A DNA stretch of 64,000 nucleotides from a virus, in IMG/VR virus record IMGVR_UViG_3300035698_001735, positions 32,001 to 96,000 of that record. One strand, given 5' to 3'. The position numbers and the translations under genes were made by a program. Positions 41,341-50,906 of this stretch are shown in pieces (the stretch's first letter is position 1; each line of letters opens with the position of its first letter). The notes under the pieces were generated by a model that saw nothing but the letters and a program-made list of their open reading frames with translations, searched no databases and was not told the DNA's origin.

Positions 41341-42057
41341 TGGCTAGGAGAAAAATTACAGCACCAGTCGGCGGTACGCTAGTCAAGTCAAGTAACGGGA
41401 AAAAGGTAAAATACGCAGATCAAATTTGGATTAACCTCGAACATACTTCAGTCGAAGACTTAGCAATACAATTGCAACGTGTTTTAAAAGACCACGGTGA
41501 TGAATACGAAGACATGGACTTTGGCGAAGACGAGGAGTGCGGGTGCTACGGTGGATGCAGTTGCCCTGTTGCATACTTTATACAAGGCCGACGACGCGAA
41601 AACGACATAGAGTATAGTATTCGCGTCGAAAAAGAGACAGAGGACAACGACCGCCAAGTTACTAGAGACCTGGCCGAATTCAACCGCTTAAGAATAAAAC
41701 TAGGCAAGGAAGAAGGAGAGTAACATGCAAGATTACTGGGATTTAACTAATAAGGAAAAAGAGCTAACAACTGCGCTTGCTAAGGTAAAGGAAGACCTAG
41801 ATAAAGCACAGAAAGCAATTGACGCTAACCCCGAATACATGTTAGCGGAACTAATACACAAACTCACGTGTAGTAGCAACCACACTGACCAATGCGGATG
41901 GCATTACGAAACATGGGATAAGCCAGAGTCCACTCGCAGAAGGTATGCTGATCGTGCTAAACAAGTTGCTTATATTATTTCTCCGCACGTAGGACATGAT
42001 GCGCAGAAGCAGTGCGTATTTATGAATGAACTACTAAGAGCAGCAAGGGGTTATTAA
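41340..42057 (+). CDS. Two hypothetical proteins (41340-41723, 41725-42057)
   Basis: Coupled ORFs with SD. Confidence 0.65.
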
Positions 42058-42137
42058 TGAAAATTATTACACCAGGCAGAGAGCAACGCGGAGAAGACCT
42101 AGCCACAAAGCAAGATTGGAGCGGATTTTAAATGCAG

Positions 42138-42220
42138 TTGACAATAACGTTAATTGCTGTTATAATAAAGTCTAGACGATAGACGTCTAGCAATACAACT
42201 GTAAAGGAGATTTACAAATG
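42138..42220 (+). promoter_or_regulatory. Sigma70 promoter plus GATAGAC leader hairpin of NAMPT gene
   Basis: TTGACA-17-TATAAT; CTAGACG-ATAGA-CGTCTAG at predicted +1. Confidence 0.7.
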
Positions 42221-43609
42221 AACACACAGAATATTTTGTTTTTGGTAGACAGTTATAAGTTGAGCCACTTTTTACAATACCCCGAAGGTGCTGAATACGT
42301 TAGCTCTTACATCGAGAGCCGCGGCGGCAAATGGGATCGCACTGTATTCTTTGGATTACAGATGTTCTTGAAAAAGTACTTAAGCTCACCTATTACGCTT
42401 GAGATGATTGACGAAGCAGATGAATTTTATACTGCACACGGTGAGCCATTTAACCGCGCAGGCTGGATGCACATTTTAGAAGAGCACGCAGGCGAACTTC
42501 CTGTTATGATAGAAGCATTGCCGGAAGGTACAGTAATTGAAACACGCAACGTACTAGTGCAACTTGTTAATACCGATCCACTAGTTCCTTGGTTGACTAG
42601 CTTTTTAGAAACTGCGCTGTTGCGTGCTGTTTGGTATCCGACTACTGTTTCTACTAATTCGTTCGCAGCTAAAGAAATTATTTACAAGTCTTTACAAGAA
42701 ACAGCAGACGATGCCGATGCTGAAATTATGTTTAAGTTACATGACTTCGGAGCACGTGGTGTTAGCTCACATGAATCAGCTGAAATAGGCGGTATAGGAC
42801 ATTTAGTACACTACATGGGTTCAGACAATGTTGAAGCTATAGTAGCTGCAAAACGGTATTACGACGAACCGATGGCAGCATTTTCAATTCCTGCGAGTGA
42901 GCACAGTACAATTACATCGTGGGGCAGAGACGGCGAAGTTGACGCTTATCGCAACATGCTTAAGCAGTTTGGAAAGCCAGGTGCGCTTGTTGCTTGCGTA
43001 TCAGACAGTTATGATATCTACAATGCAACTGAAAACATCTGGGGTGACATGCTGCTTGAAGAAGTAAAAGCAAGCGGCGCAACACTTATTATTCGTCCTG
43101 ATTCTGGCAATCCTGAAACAGTACCAGTTGAGATTATCGAGAAGCTAATGGATAAGGTTGGTTACACTATTAACACCAAGGGCTATAAAGTGCTGCCTGA
43201 TTACTTCCGCGTTTTACAAGGCGACGGTATTAACAGCGACAGTATTGCAGCTATCCTAGCAAACATGAAAGCCAAGAACCTAAGCGCAAGTAACATTGCA
43301 TTTGGTCAAGGCGGTGGATTGTTACAGCAACTTGATCGTGACACTTTGCAGTTTGCTATGAAAGCAAGTGCAATTAGAGTTAACGGTGTGTGGAGAGATG
43401 TTTATAAAGATCCTATTACTGATAAAGGCAAGCGCAGTAAGCGCGGACGTTTAGCGTTAATAAAGGTTGGCGATGAATATCAAACCGTGCGTGAAGATGC
43501 AAATACGTTAGAAACTAACTTGTTAAAGCCAGTGTATGCTAGCGGCACTCTTCTTAACAACACTACGTTTGCAGAAGTACGCGATCGGGCTGCGCTCGGC
43601 CTTAAGTAG
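42218..43609 (+). CDS. nadV: Nicotinamide phosphoribosyltransferase
   Basis: DSYKLSHFLQYP, LHDFGARG, PASEHS, VSDSYD, IRPDSG, QGDG, FGQGGGLLQ, KDPITDKGKRSKRG. Confidence 0.95.
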   Translation: MNTQNILFLVDSYKLSHFLQYPEGAEYVSSYIESRGGKWDRTVFFGLQMFLKKYLSSPITLEMIDEADEFYTAHGEPFNRAGWMHILEEHAGELPVMIEALPEGTVIETRNVLVQLVNTDPLVPWLTSFLETALLRAVWYPTTVSTNSFAAKEIIYKSLQETADDADAEIMFKLHDFGARGVSSHESAEIGGIGHLVHYMGSDNVEAIVAAKRYYDEPMAAFSIPASEHSTITSWGRDGEVDAYRNMLKQFGKPGALVACVSDSYDIYNATENIWGDMLLEEVKASGATLIIRPDSGNPETVPVEIIEKLMDKVGYTINTKGYKVLPDYFRVLQGDGINSDSIAAILANMKAKNLSASNIAFGQGGGLLQQLDRDTLQFAMKASAIRVNGVWRDVYKDPITDKGKRSKRGRLALIKVGDEYQTVREDANTLETNLLKPVYASGTLLNNTTFAEVRDRAALGLK

Positions 43610-43617
43610 AAACAATA

Positions 43618-43650
43618 AAAAGGCGGGCGGAAACGTTCGCCTTTTCTCTT
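43618..43650 (+). terminator. Intrinsic terminator
   Basis: AAAAGGCGGGCG-GAAA-CGTTCGCCTTTT. Confidence 0.8.
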
Positions 43651-43695
43651 GACTAAAATTGGCATTAGTGGTATAATAGAGTAAGGAGAATTAAT

Positions 43696-45811
43696 ATGAC
43701 TTTAGATATATTTGGTGAAGACTCTTCACGAGTTTGTAAATACTTGCATGATCCGTTAGCAATAATACTAGCCGGACATAAAACAGATGATGATATGTAC
43801 TGCGGCGAGACAACACAATCGCTGTTGATTACTCAACAGGTCAGTACAAGTAACTACAAACATACCCAAGTTCAGGTGCTCGATGAGCATCTTATGTTAG
43901 CGAAGAAAATTAGACTCTACTACCAAAATAAGCTTACCTTGCAATTTCTTAATGGCAACGCTCCTAGCTTGACTCCGTTTCGGCAAGATTTATTAACTCT
44001 GTTATCAGGAGATGCGCTTTCTTTAAGAGAAGATCACAAGCCTATGCTAGCTGTGTTGCCGAGGTTTTATAAAGAGGATATCTATCAAGATCGGTTGCAA
44101 AAGAACTTTACTATGATAAACTCGGACGTATTTGAAACTCCGGAACGCATGCACAATCATACAGAAGAATGGAAGCTTGTTACGGCCGACGAACCTTATC
44201 AAATACGAATGACTAAGAAGGAAAGAGTTCGAGTATACTGGTACTACAATGCCAAGAACGAATTACTTAAGATTCCTATTTCGTTAAAGAATCCTCTAGC
44301 GCCGTTATTTGAAAAATGCACAAACACTCCGACTGTTACGTTTACTGGTGATTACTATGCGGACTGTATGATGGGTCGTAACTTAACATATTGGTCAATG
44401 GATAACTGGAATATAGAATTATGAAGATAGGACTTTCGTTAAGCAAATGTTTGCCTGACATCATATACGGTACCGTAGATTACAACGACGTAATGTTAAT
44501 TATAACCGGCACCTGTGTTGAGGAATGGGATGACAAAAATTGTGATCTTATGTGGGGCGAATATCGGTATATCAGATCGGTGTGGCGGCAGTATCCTGAA
44601 AAAGATAAGCTGATGTTTGTAGCAATGATAAAGCGTCTTGCTAACGATGGCAAGTTGCATCAGCCCCGTTTGTTCGACGCACGCCCGCCGCAGATGCACT
44701 ACTGTTGGCTCGATACTATGATTACTTCTGCTGACATGCAGCACAATCCAACAGCAGAGAAGCTATGGAATCAGTATAAATTAATACAACAGTTAGGCGG
44801 TAAAAGTACACCTAGTGTATAAATACGTAAAGGAGTATAAATCTTTATGGATCATTGCCGCGTAACAACACACTTATCTACCCTGTTTTTAGTACTTTGT
44901 ATTATTTTATCAACCCTGTTAATTAGTATGGTAATATATGATTATCATCACAGAACTCCTTTAATTAACGTTTCCGCCCGCGCACTAGGACCTGCATACC
45001 CCGGCGGGGTAGCAAAGATTGAATTTAGATATACTCGACATTTTATAATGCCGGCTCGAGTATTAGATAGATGGATAGTATGCGACGACGGCGCACTTAC
45101 ATCTCCTACTTCTCTTTTCAGCCTAGCTGACAAGCCGGCTTGGCCGGCCGGAACTAACATGAAACACATTCTGCGTATCGTTATTCCGTCTGATATTAAA
45201 CCAGGGCAGTTTTGTCATTACGGAACATCTATAAAATTTAAACGTATGATTCTTCCGGACGTAATTATTAATAATCCGCCTACAAGTACCCCAATAAAAA
45301 TTATTCCTAACAGCTAACACAAATATTGTATTTTAATACACATATTATGTAGATATCTCATGACATAAATACGTGCTGTAACAGCGTTTAACACGTCTAC
45401 AGCAAGCGTTATGTAAGCAGACGCATGCATGTACAAGCGCTAATAAGCAAGCACACAGCGTAATTTATACAGGAGATAACAATGGAATACGTAGAAATAA
45501 TTTTATCAATATTAGGAGGCGGCTGGAACTATGCAGGCATGGCAGTGTCGTTCTTAGGAGACGGAATAACTAATACTATTATATCATGGATAGGCGGAGT
45601 ATTAATCTTTTGGGGAATAGCCGACCTATACATGTTTTACCGTTTTAGACGAGGATCAAAGGTTGATAAGACCGCAGCACTTTGGCATTGGATTAGTGTA
45701 AAGTGGTGCCTCGCATCGCAGACTGAATTAATGGCAGAGAAGCTACCTTTTATATCAAAGGACCTATCAGAAGTAGTTGGTGTTAAAGACGACGACGACA
45801 AAATAACTTAA
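43696..45811 (+). CDS. Four hypothetical proteins (43696-44424, 44421-44822, 44847-45317 and 45482-45811, the last two membrane-anchored and late-promoter driven)
   Basis: SD motifs; TATAAATA ~44818 and CATAAATA ~45364. Confidence 0.65.
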
Positions 45812-45916
45812 CCTAATCTAAAAAGTAAAGTGACATAGCAACAGAATAAAACACTTTACTTCCTTCACTATGTATGCTATAATAGTCATATACAAACTGA
45901 CTCATAGGATACTATC

Positions 45917-46312
45917 ATGAACGACCAAGTAGCAGAAATGCGCGGAATACCAACTCGCCAGAAACTAGAAGAAATCTTAGCAACCGGCGGAGTACTTGTT
46001 GTATTCAATAAAAAAGACGGCGACGAGCGAAGAATGCGATGCACAACTGATCGAATGTTAATTCCTGCAGATAAACGCCCGGACCTCAAAGTCGAAGTTT
46101 TAAAAGAAATCAAAGATGCTGCTGAACAAAAAGAAGACAAGCCGAATGTTACCGTTTGGGACCTAGATGCAAACGCATGGCGTTCATTTATATACACTCG
46201 CGTTACCCATGCAGCAATAGACTTTGAATCAAAAGAAGTAACAAACGTAGAATACAACGAAACACTAACCATCAACGGCGAAGCAGTAATTCAAACTGAA
46301 GACACTGAATAG
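45917..46312 (+). CDS. SH3/WYL-like fold protein
   Basis: VVFNKKDGDERRMRCT..VTVWDLDANAWRSF. Confidence 0.7.
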   Translation: MNDQVAEMRGIPTRQKLEEILATGGVLVVFNKKDGDERRMRCTTDRMLIPADKRPDLKVEVLKEIKDAAEQKEDKPNVTVWDLDANAWRSFIYTRVTHAAIDFESKEVTNVEYNETLTINGEAVIQTEDTE

Positions 46313-46361
46313 CTATTACTGAAAGCCAAGTACTGAACACTATAACTACAGGATACACACA

Positions 46362-46778
46362 ATGGAAATCGGATTCACTGGAACTCGTAATGAACTAACG
46401 CCCAAGGCGCTTAATGAGTTAACACTAGCACTAATTGACCTAAAAGACAATAACGAAATTACTATGTGCCATCATGGCGATTGCACTGGAGCAGACTTAG
46501 CATTTCACAATATATGTATGCAGATAGGTCTGCCTGTTATGGTACATCCGCCTATAAGAGATGACTTGCGTGCGTACTGTAAAGGCACTCACATCAGATC
46601 GCCACTTGGATACTTTGAACGCAACCGTGTTATTGTAACCCTAAGTGATATCCTTTTTGGATGTCCTTGGACTATGGAAGAAACTCAAGGCGGAACTTGG
46701 TATACAATTAATTATGCTAAGGAGAAAGGCGTTCCTGTACAGATGGTGTGGCCAGAAGAGTTAGCAGAAACTTTGTAA
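46362..46778 (+). CDS. SLOG-superfamily (DprA/YspA-like) protein
   Basis: IGFTGTR, HHGDCTGAD, RN..IV, GGTWYTINYA. Confidence 0.7.
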   Translation: MEIGFTGTRNELTPKALNELTLALIDLKDNNEITMCHHGDCTGADLAFHNICMQIGLPVMVHPPIRDDLRAYCKGTHIRSPLGYFERNRVIVTLSDILFGCPWTMEETQGGTWYTINYAKEKGVPVQMVWPEELAETL

Positions 46779-46829
46779 CAGAAATCCTAGACCAGCGCAG
46801 CGGGGTCTTCTAATAAACTGGAATATTAC

Positions 46830-47138
46830 ATGAATATATTATTTGTTTGTACTATGGCTAGATTAAGAAGTAAAACTGCTGCCCATTGCTTGCAAAGCAT
46901 TACTAATCCTTGTGATTACGGAGGTCTTGACTCCAAAGCAGACAAGCCTATTACTAAAGATATGGTTGAACGGGCTGATGTTATTGTTTGTATGGAAATA
47001 GGCCACAGGACTAAGCTAAGACGAAGATTCAAAGGCATAAGTCATAAGATGCAAGTTTGGGCCATACCAGACGATTACGAATATATGGACAACACGTTGG
47101 TTACTATATTAAACGGTAAAGCGGAGGAGTTACTATGA
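46830..47138 (+). CDS. Low-molecular-weight protein tyrosine phosphatase-like protein
   Basis: NILFVCTMARLRSKTA (CX5R), ADVIVCME, IPDDYEYM. Confidence 0.8.
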   Translation: MNILFVCTMARLRSKTAAHCLQSITNPCDYGGLDSKADKPITKDMVERADVIVCMEIGHRTKLRRRFKGISHKMQVWAIPDDYEYMDNTLVTILNGKAEELL

Positions 47139-48170
47139 GCAACAGGACTATGTTAGAAATCAATCATGATTTTATATATACCACTGACCAAGAAAAACTT
47201 GAATGGGCTAACAAGATGCTCGGATACTTATCATCAGGTGATCCAAAGCATTTGCCAGACGGCGTGACTTGGTTCGGCATGCGACACCATTCTACAGATT
47301 GTCCACTAGGCGAGCCTCCAAGAGGGTGGCATAACATTAGATAGAGAGATTAATATGAATATAACTTCAAGCGGTGCTAAAGTAGTAATTGGCGGGAAGG
47401 AATTCTCTGGCAAGAACATCAGTATTGCCGATGGCAAAGTAATTGTTGACGGTGTTGTACAAGACGGGTCGTTATCGGGTAATATAAATGTAGAAGTACA
47501 CGGTGATATCAATAGTCTTACTAACACAGCAGGCTCAATTAAATGCCGCGATGTCGGAGCAATAAAAACTACGTCAGGTGATGTAGATTGTTATACAGTC
47601 GGCGGTTCAATTAATACAATCAGCGGCGATGTAATATGCGGTAATGTCGGCGGCAATATTAAGACAGTTAGCGGCGACGTTAGCAGCGACACCTACAGAC
47701 GGAAACCTTAACTATGATAGATTTTAACATTAACAACTACGTATATGTGCAACTAACAGACCAAGGTATTAACGAATTGGAAAGACAGCATATTGAGTTG
47801 CAAGCACAGGCGCCAAGCATTGGGGATTTTAAGTTACCGCCGACGGACAGCGAAGGCTGGAGTAAATGGCAGTTACATTCATTAATGTATAGGCTCGGGC
47901 ATTGTTGCACTTTAACAGGTAAACCGCCGTTTGAGATAGAAATAAGAATTCCGACAAAAGAGGCATAAGGCCGTGATATACGTAATTGATGATACATCGG
48001 ACCTTAAGGACGTTTACCTCGAAGATATCGATGGCTTTGTTGGGTCTACACCAGAATGTTATTTAGTACAAGCTTGGTACTTTTATTATTTCTCGACGCT
48101 TAATGCAGCTAAAACAAAAGCTCGCAGTTTGGGTGTATCTGATGAAGTAAGAACAGAAAATAATCATTGA
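47135..48170 (+). CDS. Small hypothetical proteins (47135-47344, 47355-47711 beta-helix SGDV repeats, 47714-47968, 47973-48170)
   Basis: Co-oriented ORFs; T.SGDV repeats in 47355-47711. Confidence 0.6.
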
Positions 48171-48218
48171 CAATTCATAAATAGCACGCTATACTGTGCG
48201 TAAGATAAATAGAAGTAA

Positions 48219-48309
48219 GGAAGATTGGCGCGAGCGGTTGAAGGCAGCAGGTTGCTAACTTGTAAGGTTCGAAAGAGCTTCAAGGGTTCGAATCCCTTAT
48301 CTTCCTCCA
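48219..48309 (+). tRNA. tRNA-Ser(GCT)
   Basis: Cloverleaf, long variable arm, TTGCTAA loop, CCA. Confidence 0.88.
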
Positions 48310-48376
48310 AATTAATAAGTCAAAATAAGCACTTGACAGAATACACTTAGCACGCTATACTGTGCGTAAGTTAAAA

Positions 48377-48477
48377 AGTAAATAGTTGGCAGAGCATGGC
48401 TTAACGCATTGTGTTTGTATAACAGACATGAGTTCCTGTAAGAAGGAACCACAGGTTCGAATCCTGTACTAATTACT
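48377..48477 (+). ncRNA. Degenerate tRNA-like element
   Basis: D-arm-like TGGCAGAGCATGGCTTAACGCA, perfect T arm ACAGG-TTCGAAT-CCTGT, no CCA, poor anticodon stem; own duplicated promoter. Confidence 0.45.
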
Positions 48478-48508
48478 TTAATTTTTTAGTCTTTTTTAAA
48501 TAAAACAC

Positions 48509-48537
48509 TTGACAACTATGCTAAATAAGTGTATAGT
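48509..48537 (+). promoter_or_regulatory. Sigma70 promoter of tRNA-array leader
   Basis: TTGACA-17-TATAGT. Confidence 0.7.
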
Positions 48538-48550
48538 TAAACACGTTGCA

Positions 48551-48748
48551 ATGAAGCAACAAACAATTTTTATACCCAGGAAAGTATCGCACATGAAACA
48601 AGTTATGTTTATAGCCAGACAGAAGCATCAAGACGCAGAGCGTTTCGATGGCGGGATGCCTGAGCGCGGTCGTTGGGTGGATATTATTAATTATAATAAT
48701 ACGCTGCCGCAACAAAAAGGGGTTGGATCGGAGGGACTTAGACTATAA
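48551..48748 (+). CDS. Putative attenuator leader peptide (65 aa; alternative start 48593)
   Basis: ORF between promoter and terminator whose 3' end carries the antiterminator strand. Confidence 0.55.
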   Translation: MKQQTIFIPRKVSHMKQVMFIARQKHQDAERFDGGMPERGRWVDIINYNNTLPQQKGVGSEGLRL

Positions 48749-48775
48749 TAGTTTAGTTCACAACAAGATTTATAC

Positions 48776-48811
48776 AACCCCTTAAGCTAACACAGTTTAA
48801 GGGGTTTTTTT
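48776..48811 (+). terminator. Intrinsic terminator/attenuator upstream of tRNA array
   Basis: AACCCCTTAAG-loop-TTTAAGGGGTT followed by T run. Confidence 0.85.
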
Positions 48812-49007
48812 ATGAAGTGCTAATACGGAACGCGACTGTTACCGGCACTCTAAACAAAGGTTAATGGGCGGGTTGGGGATGAATTTCTACTTGTAGAATG
48901 ATAAAAGCAACAGTGTAAGGCATAGTGACCTTACGTAGTGGTCACGCCAAAATAAACGGGGCAACATAGACCACTGATAAAGAACCGTTAACTAATTTTT
49001 AAATTAT

Positions 49008-49092
49008 GCATTGTCCCCGGAGTTGGAGAGCCGGACCGCACTGTAAATGCGACGCGAGAGCTGAGTAGGTTCAAATCCTACACAATGCACCA
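49008..49092 (+). tRNA. tRNA-Tyr(GTA)
   Basis: GCATTGT/ACAATGC acceptor, CTGTAAA loop, CCA. Confidence 0.85.
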
Positions 49093-49098
49093 ATTTTT

Positions 49099-49172
49099 AG
49101 TCCTATAATTCAATGGCAGAATGACGGTCCGATAAACCGTATACGGAGGTTCGATTCCTCTTAGGACTACCA
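49099..49172 (+). tRNA. tRNA-Ile(GAT)
   Basis: ACGGT-CCGATAA-ACCGT, CCA. Confidence 0.85.
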
Positions 49173-49173
49173 C

Positions 49174-49248
49174 ACTCCTTTAACTCAACGGTAGAGTGCT
49201 TCTTTTACACGGAAGATGTTGCAAGTTCGAATCTTGCAGGGAGTACCA
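49174..49248 (+). tRNA. tRNA-Val(TAC)
   Basis: CTTCT-TTTACAC-GGAAG, CCA. Confidence 0.85.
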
Positions 49249-49249
49249 T

Positions 49250-49325
49250 CCGGCTATGATGTAACTGAATAGCATAGGAGTCTTCTAAACTCTTCGACCA
49301 GGTTTGAATCCTGGTAGCCGGACCA
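49250..49325 (+). tRNA. tRNA-Arg(TCT)
   Basis: GGAGT-CTTCTAA-ACTCT, CCA. Confidence 0.88.
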
Positions 49326-49330
49326 ATTAC

Positions 49331-49405
49331 GTCCCCTTCGTCTAGCGGTTAGGACGCTAGGTTTTCATCCTAGTAACAGGAGTTCGATTCTCCTAGGGGA
49401 CACCA
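49331..49405 (+). tRNA. tRNA-Glu(TTC)
   Basis: CTAGG-TTTTCAT-CCTAG, CCA. Confidence 0.9.
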
Positions 49406-49411
49406 AACAAT

Positions 49412-49486
49412 GGCGTATGTAGCTCAGTTGGTAGAGCCCCGGATTGTGAAGCCGGTATGCGCGGGTTCGAGTCCCGTCATTCGCCA
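49412..49486 (+). tRNA. tRNA-His(GTG), 3' end abuts HEG insertion
   Basis: CCGGA-TTGTGAA-GCCGG; G-1; full C-CCA end is found only in the downstream copy at 50218-50230. Confidence 0.85.
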
Positions 49487-49525
49487 ATGTGTATAAATAT
49501 ATTGTATACATTGGCGAGTGAACAA

Positions 49526-50211
49526 ATGAAACATTTTATTATATACAAAACTACAAATATAATTAATAACAAAGTATATATCGGCATGCACGAAACGTAT
49601 AATGTAAACGACGGATACCTAGGGTCTGGCAAAATACTAAAACGAGCTATTAACCGATACGGAATTGAAAACTTTAAGAAACAGGTTCTATACGATTTTA
49701 AGACTCGCGACGAAATGATTAACAAAGAAGAAGCGATTGTTACGGCTAGTTTTGTAGCTAGCACTACTAATTATAACTTATGCGAGGGCGGCAAAGGAGG
49801 ATTCTCGTATATAAATTCAAATGGGTTAAATGGCTCAAAAAAAGGAAGGATCGGTTATGATAGCAAATCGCAAACGACTCGAGACGAGTGGATAAAAAAA
49901 GCAAGACTTGTTTGAAAGAGTGGCGAGAGAGTCATAAGTCAAAGGCAGCTTACGTTCAACGAGTTATCACTATACGAGAAAGATACGGCGATGATGGATT
50001 TAAGACTTTTTTAGGGAAAAAACACACCGAACTATCTAAACAATTAATAAGCGCAAGTGCTAAAGTTACTAGCAAAGGTGCGAAAAATTCTCAATATGGT
50101 ACTAGGTGGATACATTCGTTAACTGAAAGAAAGAGTGTAAAAATTAGAAAAGAAGAGCTCTTGCCTATAGGGTGGATCGAAGGTCGTAAGATGAAGTTTA
50201 GTGACGGCTAG
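49526..50211 (+). mobile_element. GIY-YIG (Seg-like) homing endonuclease, frameshifted at A7 run ~49894-49900
   Basis: IIYKTTN..NKVYIGMH..DGYLGSG..YNL.EGG.GG; -1 frame continues to FLGKKHT..KNSQYGTRWI..GWIEGRK. Confidence 0.85.
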
Positions 50212-50237
50212 CTAACTGTCATTCGCCCCAAATTAAT

Positions 50238-50320
50238 GCGGAACTGGTTAATACAAATTGGCACAGTTACTACTCTTAGAAAGTAGACCCTTCCGGGTTC
50301 GAGTCCCGGGTTCCGTACCA
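50238..50320 (+). tRNA. tRNA-Leu(TAG)
   Basis: CTACT-CTTAGAA-AGTAG, atypical D arm, CCA. Confidence 0.75.
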
Positions 50321-50333
50321 AACAAATAACCAC

Positions 50334-50419
50334 GGGCTTGTGGTGGAATGGGATACACACTGGTTTCAAGTACCAGCGCCGAGCGAGGTATGAGAGTTCG
50401 AATCTCTCCAGGCCCACCA
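50334..50419 (+). tRNA. tRNA-Leu(CAA)
   Basis: CTGGT-TTCAAGT-ACCAG, variable arm, CCA. Confidence 0.85.
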
Positions 50420-50426
50420 AATTAAT

Positions 50427-50500
50427 GCGCTGCTAACTCAATGGCAGAGTATCGGGCTTTTAACCCGACTATCAGGGTTCGATTCCCTGGCGGCGTACCA
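50427..50500 (+). tRNA. tRNA-Lys(TTT)
   Basis: TCGGG-CTTTTAA-CCCGA, CCA. Confidence 0.88.
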
Positions 50501-50519
50501 CATTAGTGATAAATAAAGA

Positions 50520-50762
50520 ATGCGCTTAAGAGAATTCACAGAACCTGCTGTACAGGAATCACCAATAGCTAGTAGTTGGCAAGTTGATCTAACATACGAT
50601 CGTGCTAACAGTGCCATAACAATGGTGACTAACAAGAACTTTCGTTACAGAATAAGTAACATACCTTGGGAGTTGTACAGAGGCTGGAGACGTTCGCGCA
50701 GTAAAGGAAAGTACTGGCATAAGTACATTAAAAATCAATATCAAATTGATCGCATCCTTTAA
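50520..50762 (+). CDS. KTSC-domain protein
   Basis: SS....YD.......Y.I.NIP.ELY..W..S.SKGKYWHKYIKNQY; GATAAATA upstream. Confidence 0.75.
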   Translation: MRLREFTEPAVQESPIASSWQVDLTYDRANSAITMVTNKNFRYRISNIPWELYRGWRRSRSKGKYWHKYIKNQYQIDRIL

Positions 50763-50826
50763 CCTTTCTTTATAGTTGACTAGTAGTAACATACGTGTTA
50801 CACTTAGTACAACAAAACAATTTAAT

Positions 50827-50898
50827 TCCAGTGTAGCTCAGGTCATAGAGCGCCGAGTCACTCGGGTGTCGCAGCTTTGAACCCTGTCACTGGATCCA
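50827..50898 (+). ncRNA. Aberrant tRNA-like RNA with 3-nt anticodon loop
   Basis: TCCAGTG/CACTGGA acceptor, GCTC/GAGC D stem, CCGAG-TCA-CTCGG, CCA. Confidence 0.55.
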
Positions 50899-50906
50899 AG
50901 TTTTAT

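Noticed and set aside
46786..46822. Possible preQ1-like pseudoknot AGACC-AGCGCAGCGG-GGTCT..AATAAACTGG
   Set aside because: Loop consensus does not fit and downstream gene is unrelated to queuosine; single short instance
48168..48370. Duplicated TAGCACGCTATACTGTGCGTAAG
   Set aside because: Explained as two copies of a sigma70 promoter in front of tRNA genes
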